From Trichoplax adhaerens (taxonomy: Eukaryota > Animalia > Placozoa), in contig NW_002060973.1 of assembly GCF_000150275.1 (NCBI RefSeq), positions 124,001-188,000 on the forward strand: a stretch of DNA of 64,000 nt, read 5' to 3'. Below the pieces are notes generated by a model. It saw only the letters and a program-made list of their open reading frames with translations, did not search any database and had not been told where the DNA came from. Every line of letters starts with the position of its first letter. The stretch's first letter is position 1. Of this stretch, positions 27,301 to 39,367 are shown piece after piece. The translations under genes were made by a program, and so were the position numbers.

Positions 27301-29544
27301 ATCTTTTTCTTTCTTAGTTGAAGCTATACATTATATAGAAGGACTCATGTTATCGATACATTATAGATCGTGTCGAGGTTTACATATAAATACTACAATA
27401 GTACATTGAAATGATATCATAAAAGCTTATTTTACTCTCTTATTGCATACGTACCTTAAATCGTTATTCTTGTATGATAGTGTGATAATGCATTGATTAT
27501 ATTATTTATTGGTTTAGTGATCATAGAAATGATTTAAAACCTTATCTTATTCATTCTTATTAACTTATTGAAACATAATTATAGGGCGGTGCTAAAATTA
27601 AATCTTTTAGGGAACAGGTAAGCCTGTAGTAGCGTGCTAGTTCGATGTTAAATCATGGTAGTTTGGTGCAATTATTAACGTTAGGTGTTTTCTACATAGA
27701 GTACTGCGCGTATCAATATCTCAGACGGAAGCCTGCCAGAAAGGTAAGATGGATATTCAAATTACAAAGTATTCTCTTACTTAATTCATTGTATTATTGA
27801 TTTATCACATTTAACTTATCTTGCACTTACATTAGGATTGTTACTGTAAATGGACCAATTGATGCCGTTTGTAAAGCTTTTAAATTAATATGCCAGAAAT
27901 TGGATGAGGTATGTGTCATTACATAAAACTACTGCGCTATATTGAAATATCATAGACGTATATACTTCAAATCTGATTTTATTTATTTAACTAATTATAG
28001 GATTTCCGTATTATCAACAATTCTTCTAAATCCGAGCCAACCATAAAGTTTGACTTGCTAATTCCCGTGCCACACTGCAGATCTATCATTGGCAAAGGTG
28101 GCGGTACTGTAAAAGAGATCAGAGAATCGACGGGAGCACAAGTATCTATTGCTAGCAATGTGCTACCCAATTCTTCTGATCGTGTGATGACCATAACCGG
28201 TATTGCTTATTTAGGGATATTAATAGATTTTAATTTTAATTCTAATGGTTTGTATTTGACCTACGATAGGATCTTCATCTGCTATATCGAAGTGTATCCA
28301 ACGTCTAAGCCAACTATTATCGGAGTTACCCCTAGGTCAGCATGTTCCTTATCAGCCGAAACCTCCAAACGTACCGCCGACAGCGTTTCAAAATGGACAA
28401 GTTCATGAACTAGTGCGTATTATACTATTATTCTAATCAATATTGTCTCATTCTACCTATTGATAATACTATTGCATTGCTATTATTTATTTCTTTCCGA
28501 AATTACAGACATTTGCGGTGCCTGGACCATTTCCTATTCCTCCACATGCTGTAAGTATTACATATGCAAAATGCGTATTTGTAAATTGTAGCATAATAAG
28601 ACTTAATAGTATGTATTATATATTAATTTCTTTAATCTAAATGCAGCAGCTTCCTTATGGACCTCCCGTACCTGTGATAACGCAGATTGCACCTTATTCA
28701 GGTAATTTTATCGGATACAATGCTGTTGGTCCGTTAAGTACTTTTTATGTTAGACACTAATAAATTCTCTCTCTGAATGTATGCGTTGTGAATAGTAGAT
28801 ATTCCTTCTATAGTAACACAAAATTTTTCTGCAATGTCAAATGGTGGTACGTTTGCTCGATCAACTCAACTATTAAAAATTCCGCATGATGTAAGAAAAT
28901 TTACAGATAATATAGTTTTTATTTGCAAACTTATTCTAGAGATGCTATAGAGGCTGTAATTTGCATTTATTGTGTTTATGATGACAATATTTAAATCGTT
29001 CTAGTTGATTGGCTGCATTATTGGGAGAGGAGGAGTTAAAATTAACGAAATCAGGTAAAATTGTTAGGATTGCATTTATTATAATAGGAAGTTACTGATT
29101 ATAAAATTGTACGTAGTGATATTTACTAAAAGGGATCATGCACGTTTGTTATCTTTTCCATGGCTATTACATGTACCTTTTTACGATCGATTGTTTACTA
29201 CCATTGCAGGCAAATTTCAGGTGCTAACATCAAAATTGCTAGTCCTAATGGCGACACTACTGGTCGACAGGTTACCATTAGTGGTACACCGGAATCTATT
29301 TCTGCAGCTCAATATCTAATTAGTCAAAGGTATGATATGCATAGGATAAATTTTATTATTTACGGTTTGATATTGTAGTTGATGATGAGAATTAGCTATT
29401 ACGTTATGATAAGGTGTAAATGAATCGATTGCTAATTAATGAAGCTTGCTATTATCTTCCGGCAATTCCTACTTTAGAATCTACCATGAGGTCCACAAGC
29501 CGATTAATTACCGGCCGGTTATGGTACCAATTATACAGCAGTAA
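24396..29544 (+). CDS. PCBP: Poly(rC)-binding protein (hnRNP E/mub family, 3 KH domains), about 346 aa; exons 24396-24491, 27254-27277, 27585-27617, 27700-27743, 27836-27908, 28001-28199, 28270-28412, 28509-28550, 28647-28701, 28796-28890, 29005-29054, 29210-29329, 29478-29544
   Basis: All introns are GT-AG with consistent phases. The spliced protein has KH1 ([46 protein letters not shown]), KH2 (LLIPVPHCRSIIGKGGGTVKEIRESTGAQV...LPNSSDRVMTITG) and KH3 ([31 protein letters not shown]...RQVTISG...AAQYLI), matching PCBP signatures. Confidence 0.93.
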
Positions 29545-30216
29545 GGACAAGAGACCGTTATTATCGGCTAAACTACATTTTACTAATATCATGTGTTAAC
29601 TCAAAACGTTAGCTATACGAAACTTATACTGTAATGTTACCTCTAGTTATAAAGGTCTTCATGTTTGTATATATTCGTATATTGTAATGCGATTGTGAAT
29701 TAGAATATTATATGAATATTGTATCATAAAAAATCGATGTTAAATGTTATAGTGATGCGTTCCATGTAGGAATATCGAATACAATTACTTAATTATGACA
29801 ATACTGTAGAAGACTACTAGGAAATTTTTGATTAGGTAGCCAGATTTAAGACAACTGCGCTGCCCTATGATATGATAGAACTTTAGTAATTCTTAACAAA
29901 TAACTTAATGATGTATAAAAACTTTCTCAAGTTTGAAGCTTTCATTGAAAAATAGTATTTCATCTTATGATATCGATATTATTATTACAATTTTATTGTT
30001 ATTATTATGATTGTTATCTTTCACCTTCACTATTATAGCACATATTAATGTCAAATTTATAGGTGAAAAAGAAACAAGTTCAACAACGGTAAATTATGTT
30101 TACTGCACACTTTGAATACAAATTGTAATTGAAACTGTCATTGTAGCTAAGGAGTAGCTTTATGGTATGGTTAAAACTATTTATTAACGTAATAGTAAAT
30201 ATTATATCGAAATCTT

Positions 30217-33200
30217 TTAAACATTATAATCGTCCATAAAGTCACTTAATAAAGTCGTATCAATAGGAATACTTAAATGCTCAACACCAAGTGGTCCCTA
30301 TAATTAATTAAACAAATCAAGCAACCCTTAGACACAATTTGACTGAAGTAGCATAATACAAAATAAGGCAAATAAGAAGTAGAGGAACCTTGCGTGATTT
30401 AATCATTTTATGATCAAAAAATTCTGTTAGATGAGCCTTAAGAGTCGATTCACTATTAACTAAGAAATTTTCGCGGCATTTTATGTAACATTCTTGAAAT
30501 GGTATTCCTAAATCAAAAATGGAGGTACATTAGTATGCTTATTACTGCGTTAATGGTTACCTTATTTCCTATTATCTATACCTAAATAACTACCAGTGTT
30601 GATATTGTCCAACTGGTATTTCCCTATGAGCCTAAAGATTTTCCTACAAATGAATTCAGTATATAAAAAACAGCATTAGAATAGAGCGGCTTTGATGTCA
30701 TATAATTATAAATTTATATGATTGAAAACATATACATTACATGATAAGCCTGAACTTTATTGCATACTTAGCATTTGGTGTTAAACTTTCGAATACGTGC
30801 ATTAGGGAACTGATTGTAATATAATTATCGTGACGTCCTGTAAGCGAGCTTTCATATGGAATTTCATCTATATACGGCTCAAATGTAGTTACATCATGGT
30901 ATATCCAGTTGAATCGGCTAAGGTGTGCTTGATCCCAAACTAAAAAGTTACGAAAAGTCCTTTCAACTTAATTCACTTATAAAACTATTGTTAAAAATTG
31001 CACAACTTTTAAAGAAAATATATATTTTAGATACGAACGCAATGGAGCATTTAGCTGATCTATTGAGGCAATTATATGGATAGTAGAACACTGCGCTAGA
31101 TAGCTAAGCATAGTCTGCACCTGAATAAAATGATGGTGAAGGTTACAATAAACATACTCGTAAGCAATAGCAAGCCTTACATGATTGCATTGCAAGTTAT
31201 ACAGTAAAATTAGAGTACCGCTTCTCTTTTCAACGTGGTGCTATCGATATTATGGATGATAATGAATAAGTGTTGAGATGATTCTACAACAACAAAATAT
31301 AATAGCAAGTTAGATCGAAAACAATTTTCGTCTTGTACAGCAATAAATTCCGATCGGGAGGTGTATCAAAAGTTAACATTAGATGATACCATTTAAAGAA
31401 TTTGTAATATAATTGCATTGATCAATTGGGCTCCGGAATGAAGCCTCAAATTTTAGGATATCTTGAGTAATGCTATTTAGGATCTATATTCGATGAAAAT
31501 GTTAAGAAAAGTTTTAAGTAACTGAATAAGAATCTTATATCGACTCTTTGCAGTCCTCTAAAATAATGATTACTACAGGAAAGACACACATGTGAACGTC
31601 TTACATTTTTAATAGACATGTTAGGAAAATACCCATTTACAACAAGATGAGGGTAAGACTGTAACAAAACTGCTCGAAATTGTTCCAGCAATGTTCGCTT
31701 AGAACCAAGTCCATAAAACAGGAGATTAAAGCCTTCCCTAATGAAGAGATTGAGAGCATCAACTTAAAACTGAATGGAACACGCTGGAAAATTTTGGCCA
31801 TGCTTTAACGCACCATAATTCAGACATCCACCAGTTAAATTTCTTCCTGTAAATCTTATATAGTAAGCAGCGAGCGCGTTGATTCTTGGCATATTCTGCA
31901 CAATTATCAATTGTATCTTCCTAAAACAAAGCAAACGGTTCGATAGCTTATAAACATCGGATAGCAAATTTGCAATTTAAGGTCACATTGTATCTATTTC
32001 TATAATTAAACTGCCTTCAGGGCTAACTTGAATCAATAACGATAAAAATTATAATATTAAAGGTATTACGTCTTTTATATTATAATTATCATTTTGCCGA
32101 AGAATTTCAATAATGTTCGATGATGTTTTCATTTTGGAGTGATAACGATCGAAAAAGTCCATCCTTAACTTGTTCTATTCACGCACGAATAATAGGAGAA
32201 TCACCGAATAACGCCAATGTGGATATAAATTAATTATATACTCTTACGTATATTAATTTTGAAAGATTAATTCAATACACAGTATAAGTAGATTACCATG
32301 TCCAATTTCTTAGAACTAGTCGTTGTAGACGATTCTGCTTCCCTACCATAATAAATACAGTATCAGTATTGTTATTGTTACAATAATTACGTCAACGGGT
32401 AGAAACAGAATGATTAGTTTAAATACTGACAGATCGGATCCGTTGTCATCGATATTGTTAGTGTCCTCGTCCACGGAAACATCACTTCCTTCAATTGATT
32501 AAATTTTATTTTGCTTTTAGCAACCGATTAGATAACAAGAAGCAATAAAATAGCAATTTCTTAGTAATATCAAGAACTACTAGAAGAGAACGATTCTCTT
32601 GTAGTAGTCTTCGGTATACTTGAGATTATTTTCTGTTACCATTTTCTTCTACGCTATTCTCATGTACTTGATTGGAAATTGGCTTTAGGGCACCCCTCTG
32701 TGAGGATGAATTTTAAGGAAGAGCTTAGCTAATCACAGTATTTAGAGATGTCAGTAAGTTTTTCGCATTACTGCTATCCATTAGTGTACTAATGGGCTAG
32801 ATATGAAAATTATTATATATAGATAGATACGCTTGTATATCTATTATCAGAAATAAATTTACCTTTTGTGATGGAAATTTTTTCGTATCTTCTAAGTGAT
32901 ATATAGTAAGATAGATGGAAGACATTGGAACAATCATTATTTTACTAATATTGTATAGCTTGCACTATGGGTCTTGTCGAGGTTATTTGCCATGCTATAC
33001 TAATTGAATCATATATTTGCTGTACTATGCAGTGTCCATTAATTGTAAGTATGAAATTTTTTACCATCTAGCCTAGCCAATTTTCCTCTTTTATTCCTCC
33101 GCTTGTATTGGTATAATTGTCTTCCTCCTTCTACATTCGTACATATATTAATGCATAGTCTAGGCGTTATAAATAACAACTCTACGCGTATCTTAAGATA

Positions 33201-34766
33201 GTAGAGATATACTGTCTTTTGCATGGGCGATATCCAATGCAAAGCGGTATTATTATTGGTAACTATAATACTGAAGATGAAATAACGCAAGTAATAGAGG
33301 GACGTCAAAGCTCATGTAGTAGTTTAATTCGACGGAAAAATACTGTAGATAAACATAGTTGGGAGACGGCGTTATGGTTATACAAATTATCGCTATAGAA
33401 ATATGTGTATTAAGCACAATAATAAATGTTCATTTATGAAGAATACGAGCGGGACATTCTACTCCTGTAATAATATTATGTACTTGTAGTAACGATAATA
33501 TGCAGTTTGTACTGGCAATATCCAATACGACGGATACCAGAATGGTTGTCTTGTCACCTAACTTGAACTAACATATAATGCAGGAACATCAAGGTGAATA
33601 CTGTAGAGTAGTTTTCGTTTGGTGAAAAAGCTGTCTATATAGTCTGCAAAGTAGGACTGTAGCCTTCATTATGATCTTTTTTAACTATTTTCTCGTACAT
33701 ACAATATTAAATTGTTAAGGCTAGCCATGATGTGATCTTGAATAGATACTGTCCGCGAAAATGAGTTTTAAGAGAAGTCTGTGAATAATGTTGTACCTGT
33801 AGCTTCAGTTTTAGAACATCTCTGATATGCACCTGTTGCACCATCATGGTCATCGCTCGGTTCGATAATAATTGGTTTTGAAGTCCGGCTGGACGTAGTC
33901 TTATTTTGTTTATCGTTGCCTACTATCAAAGTATATAAAAGTTGTAGAAGGAATAGCTGATAAGATTTGAACGGCATATTGCAATCAATAGGACAAAATG
34001 TTGAGTGAAGAAAGGAATTTTTGAAATTATGTGTATCTATTCGATTCAAATTAAGTCTAGTAGTAATTAATTGATTCTATAATTATCCATCACATCTCCA
34101 TCGCAAGTAGATACCATAAGCAACAGCCGACAAGGAGGTTAGGCGGAGATAGAAACTACTTTTTTAAATATGGTAAAGAAGAAGCTTTCTATCTCTTCCT
34201 GATTCTATTTCAAATGACTTTGTCCGAATATGCAATGCGGATCAGCTACATGGCTGTATTCCGAAGAGGGAGAGTATCTTATTAAGAGTAGCAATATCTT
34301 ACTATCCCTTGGAGCTTTGGTGAAGGCCTAAAAGCACAATTACGCATCTACTAAGCCGACAACATACTACTGTACTCGTATTTATCATGCACAGAAAGTA
34401 TCGCTAGCAGTACAAAGTGGTTCATTGTCATCCAAGCAATCTATGAAATGCTCGTTACTTGGAGATACAGAACAGATTGAGAGTATGTTGAAAGGTGTTG
34501 ACTGCTGCAATGAATCCATTCTTGAATGCAAGGATAAGAGTAAAAATCATGCACAACACAGCAAGAATGATATTTTAAGGGTACAATGGTAATATGATTT
34601 GTAATCAATCAGGTCAATTTTGTCGCAGTTGCTGATGGCAGCGATCTTGCTGGAACAAGATGTTTGTCTACCTGTATCTTCCTCTAGACGTACCTGCAAT
34701 GTTGACAATATGATCGACCACGTTGTCATCGCCTAAAAAGGTGATACTTAGGTCCACTTTAGCCAT
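30217..34766 (-). CDS. ORC2: Origin recognition complex subunit 2, about 490 aa; exons 5' to 3': 34766-34694, 33919-33797, 33130-33065, 32891-32863, 32697-32640, 32488-32431, 32342-32297, 32174-32070, 31920-31814, 31737-31605, 31483-31390, 31283-31219, 31120-31039, 30939-30768, 30643-30582, 30507-30389, 30297-30217
   Basis: Spliced translation gives ORC2 signatures: N-terminal ITFLGDDNVVDHI, EGFNLLFYGLGSKRTLLEQF...HLVVNGYFP, LFIIIHNIDS, IHIIASIDQLNAPLLWD, FNWIYHDVTTFEPY, SSLMHVFESLTPNAK, CRENFLVNSESTLKAHLTEFFDHKMI, GVEHLSIPID. All junctions are GT-AG and phase-compatible. The low-conservation exons between 32297 and 34694 are less certain, and extra small exons near 34303-34327 and about 34460-34505 are possible. 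Confidence 0.92.
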
Positions 34767-35147
34767 AGCAGCTATCCAAACTATCGTGTTGAAGAGAATC
34801 GATTCATGGAGACGTAGCTTATTCAAGCTAGCAGCTCATCATTTGCGAGCTCGTCTCATTGGCTACCAACTACGTCACGATCGTTCTACCAAGCGAGAAC
34901 AATAACCCAATACAAAACCATCATTCATTTTCATCCAGTGTGGTCCAGTAGAATAACGCCATCCTCGTCTACACACTACACTCAGTACCGTGAGTAGAGG
35001 TAAGGTGCGGTACGCATGCGGGACAATCACTCCAGTGCTGGACCGTGCCGTACCGTACCGTACTGCGTGTACTCAATTTTATCCATGTACTGTATGAATG
35101 AATACGGTTTCGGAACGGTTATGGAACGGTACCGCTGGCAATTTTAC

Positions 35148-35192
35148 CATACAGTACAGTACTGTACACTGTGTACAGTACTGTACTGTATG
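35148..35192. repeat. Perfect inverted repeat, 22 bp arms with a 1 nt spacer
   Basis: CATACAGTACAGTACTGTACAC-T-GTGTACAGTACTGTACTGTATG; arm 2 is the exact reverse complement of arm 1. Confidence 0.95.
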
Positions 35193-35569
35193 TTCTCAAC
35201 TGGTGACGAGATGGGCACCGAACTTTCCGAGATCCTATACTGTAAGTGTAAAAAGTGTCACTTGTTATTTGGGCCTCTTAATCCAGTTAAGTGCATCATG
35301 ATGACTGTATTTCATGCACTACAGTGCTACTACTACTACCGTATTCAATTCAAGTGTGAAAAATGACACATTTGAGTGGAGTCTCTTGAGTGATCATTGT
35401 CTGAATCTCATCAACTAGTGGACATTACTACTCCAAGGAAGAGAAAGGGACGAGACACGGCCCAAAGGTGGCAAAAATAAAGGAGGTTGACTATTTTGTG
35501 GTCATTTTATAATACGCTACCGCTGTAACAGTCCACCGTACTGTGCAAAACCAGCCTGGCAGATAATTT

Positions 35570-35682
35570 GCAGTACTGTACTACTGTATACTGTACGCTA
35601 AAGAATGTACTGTACACTCTACAGTACAGTGTACAGTGTACAGTACTGTACAGAATGCATGCAATGGTGTACACTGTACAGG
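35570..35682. repeat. Second TACAGT/ACTGTA cluster with nested palindromes
   Basis: 12 bp arms GTACTGTACACT (35607-35618) and AGTGTACAGTAC (35635-35646); 16 bp perfect palindrome TGTACAGTACTGTACA (35637-35652). Confidence 0.85.
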
Positions 35683-36748
35683 AGGTAGAAAATGCGTCCA
35701 TCTGCAATCCATAACCTGTGCCCTAAATGCCTCCATTTTAGCACTAGAGTACTGCACGACTCTAACAGCTGCTCTTGGTGCACATTCTTCTTTTTTATTT
35801 TTTTTCTAACTTGTGTTATCATGAGAATGCTTGTTTAGTTGACTGGGGGAGTTTTCGGATCGGATTTCGGATTTTATATAGCACTTTCAATCGGATTAAA
35901 TGTTTAGTCGTAGTGGGGTTACAATACACTACTCAAGGGTCTCACTACACTGCAAAAAGCGATCCTTTCCACCAAATTGATCGCCTCAAAATTGCAGTTT
36001 GGTCAAAGCGTACTTGATCTCAATAGTTTCAGTTGGCTACTCGTGTTGCATAAAATAGCCCAGCCTAGACGTCGCCATGAGCGACTTGTTTCGTACAAGT
36101 CCATAGCGCAATTGGCACCTATGTTGTCATTCTCGCACCAATCTCTTGTCCAGGTTATGCGGTCAAGTCAATTGCTCTTAAGCCATTCTTGATCGTGGTG
36201 GTGCCGTAGCCGGAGTAGTCCGTCGTCCTGTGCATTGCACCACACTTCCCTCTGTCTGTCTGCCCGGAACTGGACAAGTCCTGATGTCTGTCCTACCGGA
36301 CGACTGGGTGTTGAATCGGCCGGCGATGACAAGGGTGCAATACACCACCTAGCACCCGACGACAATCCACTCCTTGTCTAGTAGGGATGGTACTCAGCAA
36401 TGAGTCTGTTTTATAGAGTACAGTATTAGAAATTGAAGCTGTGCTCTAGTCTACACTCAGAAATGACGAGTATCGTCTTAGCACCTGTATTGTCCGACAT
36501 GACAATGGGACAAGAGGAGTATTTGCCAAGTTGGCTGACTATGGAGTGTAGCGTACATGTCCATCATACAGTTGAATTAGTATAGGGAGGGGATTGTCCA
36601 TGATGCGTTTTGACACGCTACCCACAACACCCATAGGGAAAGTACCTGTGCACTACTCAACTCCACTGGCTAGCGTATGATAGCCAAGTGGAATCGGCAT
36701 GACCATACCATGCTACGCCAAATTTTACTGCAGTAGGATCGATCGGCA

Positions 36749-39367
36749 ATGATGGATGATAAATCAATCGATGATTTCTTCGCGAAGAAAGATAAATCCA
36801 AGAAGAAAAAGAAAGGAGGCCCAAAGAAATTCACCACTACTGAGACCATTACCAAAGCTATCCATGATCAACAAGCTGCAAAGAAAGAACAAGAACAAAT
36901 AGAAAGCACACAAATGCCATCGCCTTTTATTAAAGTAAGCTGATGGCTGTCGCAACTGCAGTTGAATGCCAAGACTAGGGCATCTATTTTTCAGGATGCT
37001 ATTCCACTGGTCGATGGAGTCTCCATCGAGTCAGACGAGTTGTGTTAGTAATATTCAAGGGAGGATGAGTTGGATAGATTGACAGTGGAGTGAATGGATG
37101 TGTTGAATTGCATTTGTAGTCCAAGAAGACAATTTTATTTGCTTACGGTTATTTCCCATGTGGTACTGTAGTCATCCTATGTTCAGATGGGATCACTACC
37201 ATGGTTACCAACATGTCTTTTGCCCACTACTTTTGCAATACATCAATTCATCCAATACCATAATGGCTCTGATATCCCATGATAGTCAGACTAGTTTTAT
37301 GTTGGATGGCTTGCATTAAAATCATTGGCAAAGTGAATGAAGAAAAAGAATGCCATGACGGTAGACCTATTTTAGCCCAACATGTTACTGTAGTAGGCAA
37401 TGGACAATCATGCCTTGAATAGGCTAGCATACCACCAATGGAAACGACTACAGCAGTTGTAAAGGTCAGCATGGATATCAAACCATCAAAGATACATCGT
37501 GCATAGTGAATGGAGAACAGCTGTGGCTAAATGACTTGTTTGATGATGACAAAATACGATACTGCCTGTACAATTTGTTCTTTACTGTCTCGTGATCGAC
37601 TGTCCCTGCTTGGAACACCAATACCAAGATGGAATGGACATGCTAATCGTGATCAAGGATGCTCTATCACAGTATTCACTTGAATCACTTGAACAAAAGT
37701 GTCTTCTTCAATGCTTCTCAATACCCTTAGTTGTTGTACTTTGGCAGGATGATGTTACACGACAGCCACTTACTGTAATTGAACGAAAAGCGAGCAATCG
37801 TAATTGTACTCCGCTAGCCGACTGAGCCAATTGCACGATACCAAATAATATCATAGCTTTACAATAAGAGCAAAGCACACATACAATGCTACAGTTTGAA
37901 AAGTGAATCTTATTCGATAGTTATACTATTCGCTAGTCCTCTTTTAAACTGAACATCATCCCTTTTTCCGCTAACTAATAGCCTATTCACGTCTTTGCCA
38001 TTCCTAGGGTGACGATGAATGGATTGATTTTAAACAGAAAGAAAAAGCCGATTTCTCTGCTCTTGATTTGGAAGATTTAAATATTAGGTAATAAAGATAA
38101 GCATGACCGTTGAATTCTTTCTATTCCACCATGATTCATCAACTTTCAACACCAATTACTTTCATATTTATTATCACTAATTGCACTCTCCATATGAAAT
38201 ATATCTCCGTTCTTATCCTTGCAGTAGCAGTGGTAATGCACAAGAAGATCAACCCAAATTAGAAAATGCCACTGAAGGTTTGCAGTATGAATCTACTTCG
38301 ATAGTATCTTAGCTAACAGACGACTAAAAAAGAAGCTCAAATGTTCAGTCAGCTGCTTGCTTAATTTACTGTTGAATTGCCTGAAAGTTTTTCTAATGGA
38401 TGTAATATCTGACATGCATTATAATTAATTATACGCCTACACGTAGATGATGAAAAAGTAGATGATGCAGCGACTCCATGGCAAGGTGATGTCATAAGAC
38501 AGAAAAATATACCAGATGATACAGAGGAGCAACAGCCGCAAACGATTGAAAGTATGCCGTTAAATAACAATTTTTAATGAAAGGAATAACTTTCGTTTCC
38601 ATTAACCATTGTTACTTTATTAATGCATCTTTAGCGCCAGCCCCTGCAAGTCAAGATGCACAACCAGAAAGCACTGCTACCCCTAAAACCGGCGGCAAGT
38701 ACATACCGCCTGCATTAAAGAGAGCTTTAGGTAAGAAATTGATATTCTTACGGTATTTTCGTCCTTGCCTTCCAATCATTGCAAAATAAATTATTGGATA
38801 GAGGGTAAGGCCGGAGGAGATGATCAAGGCACTCCTGCTCCTGCCAAAAGTACTGGCAAATATGTTCCTCCATCAAGGCGAAGAACTCAAGGTATTCATA
38901 TATTAGAACTCTGTCATGACAAGTCTGCGATACAAAGTTCATTACCAATGCAATCGATTCCGATCATGAATAAGACAAAGCCATGCTAGTTCTTCTCCTA
39001 TCAATTGTTACAGGTTCTTTTACGTTTTGTAGATGGACCAGGGTCAGATAACATCTATAGCGAAAGAAGTTACGTCGTACCTTCGCGAAGAGGCGGCCAT
39101 AAAGTTGATGCACCTTCTCTACATGACGAAGCAGAATTCCCATCGCTTACGGATTCTATTCCGAAAGAGTCGAAGGAGAATGCACCGTACGTAATGATTT
39201 GTGAACGTAATGGTGTCGATAAGTCGAAATTGATCTTGTTTTATTTCTCCCATAATAGAGTAACTCAACGATCTTTTGAATATGTTCGACATGGAGGAAG
39301 GCCCTCAGGGCTCGCAAGTTCTCAGCCTGTAGAATTAGATAACAAGTATCAGTCTTTAAGTAATTGA
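36749..39367 (+). CDS. CDV3: CDV3 homolog, about 290 aa; exons 36749-36934, 38008-38087, 38225-38277, 38447-38551, 38635-38730, 38802-38891, 39033-39186, 39259-39367
   Basis: N-terminal SIDDFFAKKDKSKKKK, DDEWIDF...ADFSAL, TPW, GKYxPP, APSLHDEAEFPSL and C-terminal ELDNKYQSL match the conserved CDV3 blocks. All introns are GT-AG and phase-consistent. Confidence 0.9.

Larger units (their letters stand above)
34770..36748. promoter_or_regulatory. Divergent (head-to-head) ORC2/CDV3 promoter region
   Basis: About 2 kb between oppositely oriented start codons; locally GC/CpG-richer; contains TACAGT palindrome clusters, CCGTA/ACGG repeats and TCGGAT repeats. Confidence 0.65.

Noticed and set aside
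35148-35690. CRISPR-like or miRNA interpretation of the palindromes
   Set aside because: No regular repeat-spacer periodicity, eukaryotic context, low-complexity arms and a 1 nt loop unlike a pre-miRNA.
35016-35822. Cys/Tyr/Thr/Val-rich ORFs
   Set aside because: Artefacts of translating the TACAGT repeats.
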